Assembly (NCBI RefSeq): GCF_006345805.1 | Contig: NC_043014.1 | Span: forward strand, 48,112,001 to 48,176,000 | Length of the DNA: 64,000 bases | Origin: Octopus sinensis | Taxonomy: Eukaryota | Direction of reading: 5' to 3' | Shown: positions 40,277 through 53,143 of the stretch, in pieces | How the letters are laid out: each line of letters begins with the position of its first letter | Numbering within the stretch: the first letter of the stretch is position 1 | The notes under the pieces: generated by a model | The model's database searches: none | What the model saw: the letters and a program-made list of their open reading frames with translations, nothing else | Told to the model about the DNA's origin: nothing | Program-made: the position numbers and the translations under genes

Positions 40277-40626
40277 ACGTCTGTCTTTATGTTCTGAGTT
40301 CAAATTCCGCCGAGGTCGAGGCAAGACTTGCCCCCCCCCCCAACCACCCTTGAAAAATTTTTTTTTCTTTCGACACTTTTCGGCTACGGGAAATATGAAT
40401 CTGCAAAAATATTGGCAAAAGTCGACATTTCTAAATTACCACCCCACCCCCATTTCCTTCATTTTAAACTTTTTTTCATAATTTTTTTTTCTCCCCCTCC
40501 CCAAAATATGCGGAAAAATACGAAGATTATGATTCTGAAAAAAATTTCCAAAAATCTTTGTCAAATTTTTTTTTCTAAATATGCGGAAAAATATGGACTT
40601 CGCATTTGCAAGCAGAGTTTAGTGTC

Positions 40627-41680
40627 CAATGAAGGAAAGGTATGCATAAGTGGGCTGGTTACACCCCTGACATAGGCCACAGGTTATGGTCTCACTTGGT
40701 TTGCCGGGTCTTCTCATGCACTGCATATTTCCAAAGGTCTTGGTCACTAGTCATTGCCTCGGTGAGGCCTAATGTTTGAAGGTCATGATTCACCACCTCA
40801 TCCCAAGTCTTCCTGGGTTTACCTCTTCCACAGGTTCCCTCAACCGCTAGGGTGTGGAACTTTTTCACACAGCTATCCTCATCCAATCCCTCCACATGCC
40901 CATACCAGCGCAGTTGTCTCTCTTGCACACCACATCTGATGCTTCCTAGGTCCAACTTTTCTCTCAAGGTACCTTACACTCTGTCAAATATGCACACTGA
41001 CATTACACATCCATCGGAGCATACTGGCTTCATTTCTTGCAAGCTTACGCATATCCTCAGCAGTCACGGCCCATGTTTCACTGCCATGTAGCATGGCTGT
41101 TCATACACATGCGTCATACAATCTGCCTTTTACTCTCAGCGAGAGGCCCTTTGTCACCAGCAGAGGTAAGAGCTCTCTGAACTTTGCCCAGGCTATTCTT
41201 ATTCTAGCAGCTACACTTTTAGCGCACCCTCCCCCGCTACTGATTTGGTCACCTAGGCAACGGAAGCTATCAACTACTAGTTTTTCTCCCTGGAAAATGG
41301 CAGAAGTTGTTTTCAGAACATTTTCAGTGTTTATTGCTCCTGAGCATCTGCCACATACAAAAACTATCTTCCCAGTTAGCCTTCCTTTGATATTTCTGCA
41401 TTGGGTACATCTTATAAAGTCTCTACCTACGCCTTTTCTACAGATCGAGCAGGGCTGTCTACCTGAAGGGATTTGTGGTTTGTCTGCCTTCCTACTTATT
41501 AGGACTTTGGTTTTAGCTAGGTTGACTCTAAGGCCCTTCAATTCTAATCCTTGTTTCCACACCTGAAACTTCTCCTCTAGTTCTGATAGTTACTCGGCAA
41601 TTAGAGTAAGGTCATCAGCATAGAGGAGCTCCCAGGGGCATCCTGTCTTGAATTCCTCTGTTATTGCCTGGAGGACTATG
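40627..41680 (-). mobile_element. 5'-truncated RTE-clade LINE (RT C-terminus and 3' UTR)
   Basis: ELLYADDLTLIAE, GLRVNLAKTKVL, RIRIAWAKFRELLPLL, LRWYGHV, GRGKPRKTW, with frameshifts. Confidence 0.9.
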
Positions 41681-41704
41681 ACACATACATACATATATAT
41701 ATAT

Positions 41705-42325
41705 GTTAAGAAAACGAAGATCATGTCAACAGCAGCCACAACAAACATCAGCATCAAGATCGATAATGAAGAGATCGAAGTGGTTGATGATTTCATCTTC
41801 CTTGGCTCCAAAATAAATCGAGATGGTGACTGCACCCCAGAAATAAGATGGCGGATAGTACTAGGCAGAGAGGCAATGGTCAGCATGAGCAGGGTCTGGA
41901 AGAGTAGAGACATCAGACTCGCTACCAAATGCAGATTGGTGAATGCAATTGTCTTCCCAATAGCAACATATGGATGCGAGACCTGGACACTAAAGAAAGC
42001 TGACCAGAAGAGAATTAATGCATTCGAACTTTGGTATTGGAGAAGACTTTTACGGATTCCATGGACAGTGAGGCTCACCAATGGAGAAGTTCTTAAGCAG
42101 ATCATGAAAATGTCGCTAGAAGCTAGGATCACCAAGCATAGATTGGCATATTTTGGTCATATTATGCGGAGAAAATCCCTGGAGAAGGACATCATGCTTG
42201 GAATGGTCAGTGGCAAGAGAGGAAGAGGCCGACCAAGAACCCGCTGGTTTGACAAGCGGCCCAGGATAGAACTGACTACTGGAGGACACTGATCCATCAA
42301 GTAACCGAGTCGACTTTGACCAAGC
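41705..42325 (+). mobile_element. BovB-like RTE LINE 3' fragment
   Basis: KKTKIMS...IEVVDDFIFLGSKINRDGDCTPEIRWRIVLGR...VFPIATYGCETWTLKKADQKRINAFELWYWRRLLRIPWT...YFGHIMRR..LEKDIMLG...GRPRTRW, open for ~190 codons. Confidence 0.9.
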
Positions 42326-42328
42326 GGA

Positions 42329-42361
<33 letters not shown>

Positions 42362-43947
42362 TTTATTGTGAATGGTTTTGTTAAGCACTGTTGAGTTTTA
42401 CAATTCTGTAAATAATAATAGTATTTTTATAAGCTTAAAGCTTATACTGATCACCAGGCAATGACTAAAAAAAATAGTCTTATAATATCTGTGCATATGT
42501 GTATAAGAATACATACATGTATGTGTGTGTGTAGATCTTGTACAAATACAATAAGTACTCTAGAATGTATATAGCAAAACTACAATCCTGAAACTTTGAC
42601 CTAGATTCAATTCAAGGCTTCCTTTAATTCTGATAATGCTCTTCTGATAAGCATGAACATCACCAAATCTAGTTCACATGAATTTGATGAGTAGTGTTTA
42701 AGTAAGAAATGAAATTATAACAATAGTACATTAGTTCAGTCCCTGTTGTAGTTACTTCATTTTGTTTATCTTGGTGGCAGAGAAAAATGTATATCAAGTC
42801 ACAGTTCACTGTTAAGCCTTACTTGCTTCTGTCACATTACTATTTTCAGAGGTGGATTAGCACTTTGCCTATCTTTTCATTCTGAGTTCAAATTCCACCA
42901 AGGTTGGCTTTACCTTTCATCCTGTGTGAGTGCAAATGTATAAATCATCATCATCATCATCATTTAGCATCCGCTTTCCATGCTAGCATGGGTTGGATGG
43001 TTCAACTGGGGTCTGGGAAGCCAGTAGGCTGCACCAGGCTCCAGTCTGATCTGGCAATGTTTCTACAGCTGGATGCCCTTCCTAATGCCAACCACTCCAT
43101 GAGTGTAGTGGATGCTTTTTACATGCCAGACAAGGCTGGCAAACGGCCACGATCGGATGGTGCTTTTTACGTGCCACCAGCATGGGGGCCAGGCAAGGCT
43201 GGCAATGGCCACGAACGGATGGTGCTTTTTACGTGCCACCGGCACGAGGCCAGTCGGGACAATGGCCAATGTATGCATATAACCATTAATCCCTACACAT
43301 TTTATACTAACTTACAAAATCAGCTTTATAATTCAAAGTAACTGAGATACAAGAAAGTTAAAAAAATACAATATATTAGTCAGCTAGTAACAGATTGTGG
43401 ACAAAATGCTACCAGCTGAGAACTTTATAGAATATTCTATTTTAATATTTTTTTTGTGTATAGGTCACATGTGTGAACAGTACATATGGGTGATTTAAAC
43501 TAGACATAAAAAAAACGAAATACATTTAACCCAAAGCAAAGAGATATGTAGTCTTTAAAGAGTGTCACATCTATTAACTGATGAGCATTCAGCTTCCTAA
43601 CTCTAACATTAAAACAGAATTAAAAAACCCATAGCGTTCTTTGCCAATATTACAACTTTCAGGTTTACATGTTAAAAAACTGGATACAGTGTCCTACTTT
43701 TTAACAGCTGAGACATAATTTGTACACAATGAACATTTTTGTACGTAACTAAATCATTATTAGTGTTAATTATGTCTCCACAGTCTGTTATAAGAGGAAG
43801 TCAAAAGACAGTGTGCTGCTGGCCCAACAGAATGTAACAGACTGAGAAATGTTCTTCCAACATCCGTCCAAGTGCATGAATGTTGAAAGCATAACACTCA
43901 AACATGTTTATGATAAACATTTTAACCCTTTTCATACAACTCCAGGT

Positions 43948-44475
43948 TCATCATCATCGTTTAACGTCCGTTTTCCACGCTAGCACAGGTTGGACGGTTC
44001 GACCGGAGGTCTGAGAAGCCAGGGGCCGCACCAGGCTCCAGTCTGATCTGGCAGTGTTTCTACAGCTGGATGCCCTTCCTAACACCAACCACTCCGAGAG
44101 TGTAGTGGGTGCTTTTTACGTGCCACCGGCACAGGTGCCAGGTGAGTCTGGCATCGGCCACGATTGGTTGGTGCTTTTAACGTCCCACTGGCACGGAAGC
44201 CAGTCAAGGCGGGGCATGCATCAGCCACGTTCGGATGGTGCTTTTTATGTGCCACCAGCACAGAAGCCAGTCGAGGCTGCGCTGGCATCAGTCACGTTCA
44301 GATGGTGCTTTTTATGTGCCACCGGCACAGTAGCCAGTCGAGGCGGCGCTGGCATCAGCCACGTTCGGATGGTGCTTTTTATGTGCCACCGGCACAGGTA
44401 TCACAACTACTATTTCCATTGATATTTATTTCGATGTTCATGTACTTGACTCAATAGGTCTCCTCAAGCACAGCG
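43948..44475 (-). mobile_element. Family C non-autonomous retroelement ending in (GAT)n, with an internal ~67-bp module array
   Basis: ggttggcgttaggaagggcatccagctgtagaaac...catgctagcatggaaagcggacg-(gat)n. Copies at about 10150-10405, 17945-18335, 28140-28345, 29255-29610, 30345-30700, 31370-31720, 42945-43265, 50560-50790, 53675-54010, 55290-55675, 55820-56050, 56235-56495, 58325-58650 and 59075-59230. Confidence 0.85.
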
Positions 44476-45328
44476 GGATGTTCTGGAATCCAAGGTACTT
44501 TGAATGGGCAGGGGCTATGCGGGACTGATGACATAAACTTACTGTTTTTAAGTAGTTTGAATTATAATCTTCCAACAAAATTTTATGTGAATTTGTTCCA
44601 AACCCCAGCTTAATAACGAGGAAGTTATTTTACTAAATACTTCGTTATTCTAAAAATTAATTGAAACAAAGGCAACATGTGTTGACAGAAATATAGCAAA
44701 AAACAAGGCAGCAAGCTGGCAGAAACTTTAGCAAAGTTAGCACTGTCAGTCTTCTTGTTAAGGACACACATGCGCATGCACGTGCACACACACAGACGTA
44801 CATATGTGCATGCGCACACACACATACACACTTCCTGAGCTTTTGATAAGCAACTTGAACGCAGTTGTTGAATTTTATTAGAAACCAATAACTATATTTG
44901 TGATAAATGAGGAGTGGCTGTGTGGTAAGTAGCTTGCTAACCAACCACATGGTTCCAGGTTCAGTCCTACTGCGTGGCATCTTGGGCAAGTGTCTTCTGC
45001 TATAGCCTCGGGCTGACCAAAGCTTTGCGAGTGGATTTGGTAGACGGAAACTGAAAGAAGCCTGTTGTATATATATATGTTTGTGTGTCTGTGTTTGTCC
45101 CTCTAGCATTGCTTGACAACCGATGCTGGTGTGTTTACGTCCCCGTCACTTAGCGGTTCGGCAAAAGAGACCGATAGAATAAGTACTGGGCTTACAAAGA
45201 ATAAGTCCTGGGGTCGAGTTGCTCGACTAAAAGGCGGTGGTCCAGCATGGCCGCAGTCAAATGACTGAAACAAGTAAAAGAGTAAAAGAGTAAATAATAA
45301 TAAAAATATTTCAACACAATGTTCATTT

Positions 45329-45369
<41 letters not shown>

Positions 45370-45381
45370 TCTTTCTGATTG

Positions 45382-45579
45382 TTATTCCGAATAGCCATAT
45401 AACTGTCCTTCCAAAAGTGCCCGATAATTATCCCTTGAAGCTTTCCTTGGTATTCTGCCAACCGGTTCCAAATCGTTGTAGCATTTATCAAAGACTTCAT
45501 TCACAATTTCTAGAGCTGCTTCATTCGATATATTCCGAACAATAACAATGGATTTCACAGCTTGCTGTTTCACACAATC
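45382..45579 (-). CDS. ATP23: ATP23 last coding exon
   Basis: ttacag acceptor; DCVKQQAVKSIVIVRNISNEAALEIVNEVFDKCYNDLEPVGRIP...GYSE* (TAA). Confidence 0.92.
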   Translation of the reverse strand, partial: DCVKQQAVKSIVIVRNISNEAALEIVNEVFDKCYNDLEPVGRIPRKASRDNYRALLEGQLYGYSE

Positions 45580-45620
45580 CTGTAATAATAGAGAAATTGT
45601 AGAATGTAGAAAAGCCACGT

Positions 45621-45847
45621 TTAACCCTTTAGTGTTCAGATTATTCTATCAAACATAAAGCTTATTGATTCACATTGATTTGAATTAATCGTGCATTATC
45701 TCATATCTTTAAGATCTTGATGGTGTAATTACCTAATGTAGAATAACATTGTAGGGTAGGTGTGAGGGCCTGGATCTGGTCAGTTTGAACATAAAACAGA
45801 TTAAATATTTTGGCCGGATATGGCCAGTTTAAATACTAAAGGGTTAA
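45621..45847. mobile_element. piggyBac-type MITE (TTAA|CCCTTT...AAAGGG|TTAA)
   Basis: TTAA at both ends with short TIRs. Family copies at 19041-19259, 10093-10574 (interrupted by family C) and ~30175-30345. Confidence 0.75.
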
Positions 45848-47820
45848 AATAACCACAAGTGTAAAGAATATTATCTTTTATCTTTTACCGGCTACAACCA
45901 GACAGTGACCATGCTGGAGCACTGCCTACAAAAATTTTTAGACGAATGAACTGCTCCCAGTACTTATTTTGGGTTTTTTTTCCTAAGCACGGCACTCATT
46001 CTATTGGTCTCCTTTGCTGAACCACTCAGTTACAGGGAGGTAAACACACCAATACTGGTTGTGAAGCTGTGGTGGTGGACAAACACAGACATAAAGATAC
46101 ACACACATATATCCACAAATATATACACAACAAGCTTCTTTCAGCTCCCATCCACTAAATCTACTCACAAGGCTTTGGTTGGCCCAAGGCCGTAGCAGAA
46201 GCTACTTGCCCAAGGTATAAGGCGGCAAGCTGGCAGAATCGTTAGCATGCCGGGCAAAATGTTTAGTGGTGTTTCGTCTGCCATTATGTTCGGAGTTCAA
46301 ATTCCGCCGAGGTCGACTTTGCCTTTTATCCTTTCAGGGTCGATAAATTAAGTACCAGTTACGCACTGGGGTCGATGTAATCGACTTAATCCGTTTGTCT
46401 GTCCTTCTGTGTTTAGCCCCTTGTGGGCAATAAAGAAATAAGAAGATACTTGCCCAAGGTGCCATGCAGTGGGACTGAACCCAGACCCAAGTGGTTGGGA
46501 AGCAAGCTTCTTACCACTCAGCCGCGCCTCCACCTGTATTATGAGGCTTTTTTTTGGAAGGGAGAGAGAAAGAAAGGAGAGAGGGAGGAGGACTCAAACT
46601 GAGGTCCTGGTTTAGATGCTTGCAGTAGGGTACAGTCCACTAAAGGTACCCCAGGACCGGATGATGATGTTAAACTTAGTGACACATTAAGTCTACCTTA
46701 CAAGAGAGTCATGGCGGGATTTAAACTCCAAATACCACAAGGTATCTTCTACACTCTGCTGCTTCTGCCAATTCCCCACTCTAAGTTGGTGCTTTTTAGA
46801 CCTTGGAAGGCAAAGTTGACCTCAGCAGGATTTGAACTCAAGATGAAATAAAAATGTACTAATTATAATTAGTACCCTTTAATTATTACAATAATTGTTA
46901 GCAATTACAAATAATTTCCAGTTGACACAATGAAAGCAATAGCCCAGCTGGAGCATCACCTTCAAGGATTTTTAGTTGTTTGATCTCCACCCCCAGGAAT
47001 TTGGTATTTATCTAACCAATCTTCATTTAGTGAATGGCTAAGTCCACCTAAGAACGTAACTTGGCACTGCCTATAAATATACAGACTGAAACATGTAAAC
47101 TTCACATAACCCCATGTCACCAAACTGAGTGGGATCGGCTCTGGGTTTAGGATAAAACCATCTCCCTTGTTTAAAAATGCCCTTATTTAAACTAATAACC
47201 TTCAACCATAATTTTATGTAAAAATATTTTAAGTTTTGTTCCAAACACCATATTAATTAATTAATGACAAAGTTAATTATTTTTCTAAATCTCTCAAAAT
47301 GAATTGAAACATAACAAGTAGGCGTAGGAGTGGCTGTGTGGTAAGTAGCTTGCTTACAAACCACATGGTTCCGGGTTCAGTCCCACTGCATGGCACCTTG
47401 GGCAAGTGTCTTCTACTATAGTCTCGGGCTGACCAAAGCCTTGTGAGTGGATTTGGTAGACGGAAACTGAAAGAAGCCCGTCGTATATATGTATATATAT
47501 ATATATGTGTGTGTATATGTTTGTGTGTCTGTGTTTGTCCCCCCCAACATCGCTTGGCAACCGATGTTGGAATGTTTACGTCGTCGTAACTTAGCGGTTC
47601 GGCAAAAGAGACCGATAGAATAAGTACTAGGCTTACAAAGAATAAGTCCTGGGGTCGATTTGCTCGACTACAGGTGGTGCTCCAGCATGGCCACAGTCAA
47701 ATGACCGAAACAAGTAAAAGAGCAAAAGAGAGTGTAGTTCACTAGGAATATAGTTGCAGAAAAATCCCCTTTGAGATTTAATTAAATTTTAAATCAAAAT
47801 GGGTTTTTTCCCCTTGTCTT

Positions 47821-48298
47821 TTAACCCTTTCGTTACTGTATTTATTTTGAGATGCTCTGTGTTTCTTTCAATTACTTTAAATGTAACAAAGAATTCAGTA
47901 AAATAACTTGGTTATCATTCAGCTAGTGTTAGGAACATAAATTGTGACTAAGGTTTGGTGGAAGATTTTAATTCAAAACTTATGAAAATAAGACATTTGT
48001 ACTCAGAGCTAGAGTCGGTTTCAGCCGGGTTGGTATCAAAAAGTTTAAGAATTGTTTCTGTTATATATTTTAACCCTCTTGTTACCATATTTCTGCTGAG
48101 ATGCTCTGTGTTCCTTTCAATTACTTTAAATATAACAAAGAATTTAGTAAAATAGCTTAGTTATCATTCAGCTAGTGTTAGGAACATAAATTGTGATTAA
48201 GGTTTGGTGGAAGATTTTAACTCAAAACTCATGAAAACAAGACATTTGTACTATAAAGCCAGAGCCAGTTTCAGCAGGGTTGGTAATGAAAGGGTTAA
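47821..48298. mobile_element. Tandem pair of a second TTAA-flanked MITE (47821-48048, 48070-48298)
   Basis: Two ~228-bp highly similar direct copies, each bounded by TTAA and CCCT/AGGG-like ends. Confidence 0.75.
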
Positions 48299-48352
48299 TT
48301 CAAATCAGAAAAAAATAAAGAAAGAAGAATTAAAATCCAACAGCCAACTGAC

Positions 48353-48442
48353 CGCATGTTTTTGTTTGATGTTAAATGGTGAAGCACTTCCAGCAGACAT
48401 GGCAGCCATAAAGGAACAATGCATGAAGTTGGCAGCACGAAT
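48353..48442 (-). CDS. ATP23: ATP23 exon
   Basis: ccttag/gtcagt boundaries; IRAANFMHCSFMAAMSAGSASPFNIKQKHA. Confidence 0.9.
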
Positions 48443-48649
48443 CTAAGGAAAAAGGGGGGGAAAAAGAAAAATACAAAGAGATTAGATTTAATACAAGACA
48501 CAAAGAAAAGAGAGAAAGAAGTTGCTTTTACATTTCTGTGTAACAGTCGTTGTGAATGGAATTGTAATGGAAGACAGAAACTAAGCGAAGGGACGAAAAT
48601 AGAATCATCTCCTCCTCGGTTCTTTGTTGAACATCGTGTCTCTTTATCT

Positions 48650-49570
48650 TCAACGTTGTCGTCATTGTCATCATCAGCATCATCATCATCTCCACCATCA
48701 CTGTCATCATCAGCATCACCTCTCCATCACAATCATCATTAGTGTTGTTGCCACCACAACTGGCATCAATACTATTTGCACCACCACCACCACTATCATC
48801 ATCACCACCACCACCACCGTCATCATCATCACCACCACCACCGTCATCATCACCATTGTCGTCGTCACCACCACCACCATCGTCATCACCACCACCACCG
48901 TCATCATCACCACCACCGTCATCATCACCATCATCGTCATCACCACCACCACCGTCATCATCACCATCGTCGTCACCACCACCACAACCGTCATCATCAC
49001 CATCATCGTCATCACCACCACCACCGTCATCATCACCATCATCGTCATCACCACCACCACCGTCATCATCACCACCACCACCGTCATCATCACCATCGTC
49101 GTTATCACCACCACCACCAGTCATCACCATCGTCGTCATCACCACCACCACCGTCGTCATCACCACCACAACCGTCATCATCACCATCATCGTCATCACC
49201 ACCACCACCGTCATCATCACCATTGTCGTCATCACCACCACCACCGTCGTCATCACCACCACAACCGTCATCATCACCATCACCACCACCACCGTCATCA
49301 TCACCATCATCGTCATCACCACCACCACCGTCATCATCACCACCACCGTCATCATCACCATCATCGTCATCACCACCACCACCGTCATCATCACCATCAT
49401 CGTCATCACCACCACCACCGTCATCATCACCATCGTCGTCATCACCACCACCACCGTCAACATCACCACCACTACCATCACCATCGTGATCTCCACAAAC
49501 TGCGCTGCTCCTTAAACTTCTAACACCACTGTCATCACTATTGCCACTGCCACCACTACCGCCATGTTAA
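48650..49570. repeat. Compound (CAT/CAC/CGT)n trinucleotide tract in an ATP23 intron
   Basis: Interleaved catcatcaccaccaccgt units; the source of the poly-H/T/V/D ORFs. Confidence 0.95.
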
Positions 49571-52500
49571 TCATTTATCCAAGCTGTTTTGGGCTGCACC
49601 AAGAAGAATGCTACGTTGTCTCAATGTTTCTCTTTTGTCTATCTTTTCCTTGGTTACCGTTGTCAGATCACAGAGAGAGAGCAACAGGAAAAAGGCAGAA
49701 CAGTAGAAGATAACAACATGAAGACGACAGGAGATAGAAGAAACAGTAAGACAACAACAGCCACAACCCAGTTCATGCTGGCATCAGTTGCTTCAGAAGT
49801 CTCTTATTGCCTATCAATCATTCATCAAGAATTCCTGTGACAGTTTCCTCAACTCATTGAGATTCATTTTATCATGTAGTACTCCCTAAAACTCACTCAC
49901 TATACCCTCGTGATTTCATTTTGTCATTCACTAGTCCGCAATACTCATTCATTACTTCATAATGCATCTGTGGTCATGAGCCTATATTAGAAAATATATT
50001 TTGGTTTATACATTAAATAATACGAAGAAATAGTCTTCCTTCCCCCAGCCTTATAGAATGTGGGGTGGCCCTGTATATCCTCTACAGCAAAACACCCATT
50101 CCTTCTCTCTGAAAGATTTTAGCTTCCCAGTATCTGGTATAAAGCCACCTCATTCTCTACTGTAACCACACTTAGTCAAAGAGGCTTTCTGTTAAGCAAG
50201 TTAGTCGGTAACCTCACTAGTGCTGGTGCCACGAAAAAGCACCCAGTACACTCTGTAAAGGGGTTGGCATTAGGAAGGGCATCCTGTTGCAGAAATGATG
50301 CTGGAATTGACACTGGAGCCCAATGCAGACCTCTGACTTGTCAGGTCCTGTCAAACCATCCAATACATGCGAGCATGGAAGATAGACATTAAAGCAGTGT
50401 TTCACAACCCTTGTGTAACCCTTAAGATAAATTACATGTCTCAAGGAACCCCTGCACAAAAAAAAATTATATACCATATCATCCTCATATATTTTCATCA
50501 TAGTTCACATGGAAAATATCAAATATTTATATATATATATATATATATCGACACAGGGGCCGCCAGTGGAGGTGGCGATCGTGGATGATTTCCAGGCTCC
50601 TCTGGCCCGTGCCGGTGGCACGCAAAAAGCACCCACGAGACTCACGGAGTTGTTGGCGTTAGGAAGAGCATCCAGCTGTAGAAACTCAGCCATATCAGAC
50701 TGGAGCCTGTCGCAGCCTTCTGGCTTCCCAGACCCCGGTCGAACCATCCAACCAATGCTAGCATGGAAAACGGACGTTAAACAATGATGATGATGATATA
50801 TATATATATACACATATATACATATATGTGGTTATTGTATTTTTTTGAAAACATGATAGGTTAGATAGGATTATGTCTATATTACAATATTACAATATCC
50901 AATAATATGTTGTGCATGTCTTTCTCTCTTTCTTGCAGAACCCCTAGGAACCTTTTGCAGAACCATAGAGTTCTGGGGAACCCCATTTGAGAAACGCTGC
51001 ATTGAAGGACGACGATGATGATGATGATGATATAAATCTATTTGTTCCCTATTAATCAGACATGAAAATAACATGATGGCAGCAGATACTAAATATTTCT
51101 GAAGTGAGTTATTATAAGCAACAGCTGTTAGGATATGGTGACCTTACAATATATGGGTGAGTGGGGAGAGACCAGGGTGTAAGAATGTAACTTTAGATGA
51201 AACAACAGTCAAATATTTAATCAGTCATCCTGTAGTTTCATTATTTCAAAGCTGCAAAAGGTTGCTTTAGTTAACAACTTAGAGAGAATAACATTTTGAA
51301 TATTTTGTTTCAGTCACGCTGTCTAATTTAGCAATACAGAGCAAGCATCTGGTTAGTGTAATATCATTATTATTATTATAACTATTAAGGCGGCAAACTG
51401 GCTGAAATTTTTGCATGTTACTCTTTTTACTCTTTTACTTGTTTCAGTCATTTTGACTGCGGCCATGCTGGAGCACCGCCTTTAGTCGAGCAAATCGACC
51501 CCGGGACTTATTCTTTGTAAGCCCAGTACTTATTCTATCGGTCTCTTTTTGCCGAACCGCTAAGTGACGGGGACGTAAACACACCAGCATCGGTTGTCAA
51601 GCAATGCTAGGGGGATAAACACACACACACACACACATACATATATATATACATATATACGACAGGCTTCTTTCAGTTTCCGTCTACCAAATCCACTCAC
51701 AAGGCATTGGTCGGCCCGGGGCGATAGCAGAAGACACTTGCCCAAGATGCCACGCAGTGGGACTATTATAACTATTAAGGCAGCAAACTGGCTGAAATTT
51801 TTGCATGTTGGGCGAAATGCTTAGCAGTACTTCACCCATCGCGACGTTTTGAGTTCAAATTCTGCCGAGGTTGACTTTGCCTTTCATCCTTTCGGAGTCA
51901 ATTAAGTAAGTACCAGTTATGTACTGGGGTCAATATAATCGACTAGCCCCTCCCCCAAAATTTCATAGAAAGGATTATTATTATTAGTAATAGTAGTATA
52001 AGGTTGTCCCAAAAGTTCGTAGAAAGTCTTGGAAAATAATGGTCTTTATTTTGAGGAATAATTTTTGTTGTTTTTGTTAGTACTTGGCGAGTAAAAATTC
52101 AATTTTCGCAAGTGTTTATGAACTTTAGGGACAACCTAATATTAAGGTGGCAAGCTAGTAGAATTGTTAGCATGCCAGACAAAATGCTTAGCAGCATTCC
52201 ATCCATCTTTGTATTCTGAGTTCAAATTCCACAAAGGTCAACTTCTGTCTTTCATCCTTTCAGGGTCGATAAATTAAGTACTGGATATTGTTGTAAAAAA
52301 CCAGATTAATAAAGTCTGTTTATTGATTGACTTGAATATCCCTTGTGAAAATAATAGTTCAATAAAAGAATTTGACAAGTTCAGAAATATAAAGATTTGC
52401 TCATTGTAATTGAAGAAATGTAACATGTGAAGGCAGTTACAATACCTATTTCTTTATTACCCACAAGGGGCTAAACACAGAGGGGACAAAATAGGACAGA

Positions 52501-53008
52501 CATAGGTATTAAGTCGATTACATCGACCCCAGTGCATAACTGGTACTTAATTTATCGACCCCGAAAGGATGAAAGGCAAAGTCGACCTCGGCGGAATTTG
52601 AACTCACAACGTAACGACAGACGAAATACCGCTAAGCATTTCGCCCGGCGCGCTAACGTTTCTGCCTGTTCGCCGCAGTTACAATACCAGTGATTGCAGG
52701 AGCATTAGGAATGATCAAGAAAGGAACCGAAAATTATTTGAGAAATATCCCTGGCTTACCATCCTTGCAAGAAGTGCAAAACATTGTTTTAACTGGTATA
52801 TCATACATATTGAGAAGAGCATAACATTCTACGTAAATATTTTTTTTTACATAACTTTATATAATTTTGTAAATGAACAATCTGGTGTATTTATTTTCAT
52901 GGCCTATCAATGTATACAGTGAGTTTCTCTGTCCTAAGAAGATGCTTGGCAAGAAATGAAAACAAAATTGAAGAAAGAAAGAAGAAAAAGCCACCACTTT
53001 GTCCTTAC

Positions 53009-53143
53009 CTCAGTACATGCTAAATGATGGATGTTCATGAAGTCTACTTTAGCTCGGCAATAATCAAAAGCATGAATAAACTCATGTGCAAGCACATTGC
53101 AACACAACCACCGTTTCTTGGCTGTATTTTGACATACCACCAC
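53009..53143 (-). CDS. ATP23: ATP23 exon with HEXXH zinc-metalloprotease motif
   Basis: tttcag/gtaagg boundaries; VVVCQNTAKKRWLCCNVLAHEFIHAFDYCRAKVDFMNIHHLACTE. Confidence 0.95.

Noticed and set aside
48528-49523. Poly-His, poly-Thr, poly-Val and Asp/Gly ORFs
   Set aside because: A trinucleotide repeat open in all frames inside an ATP23 intron.
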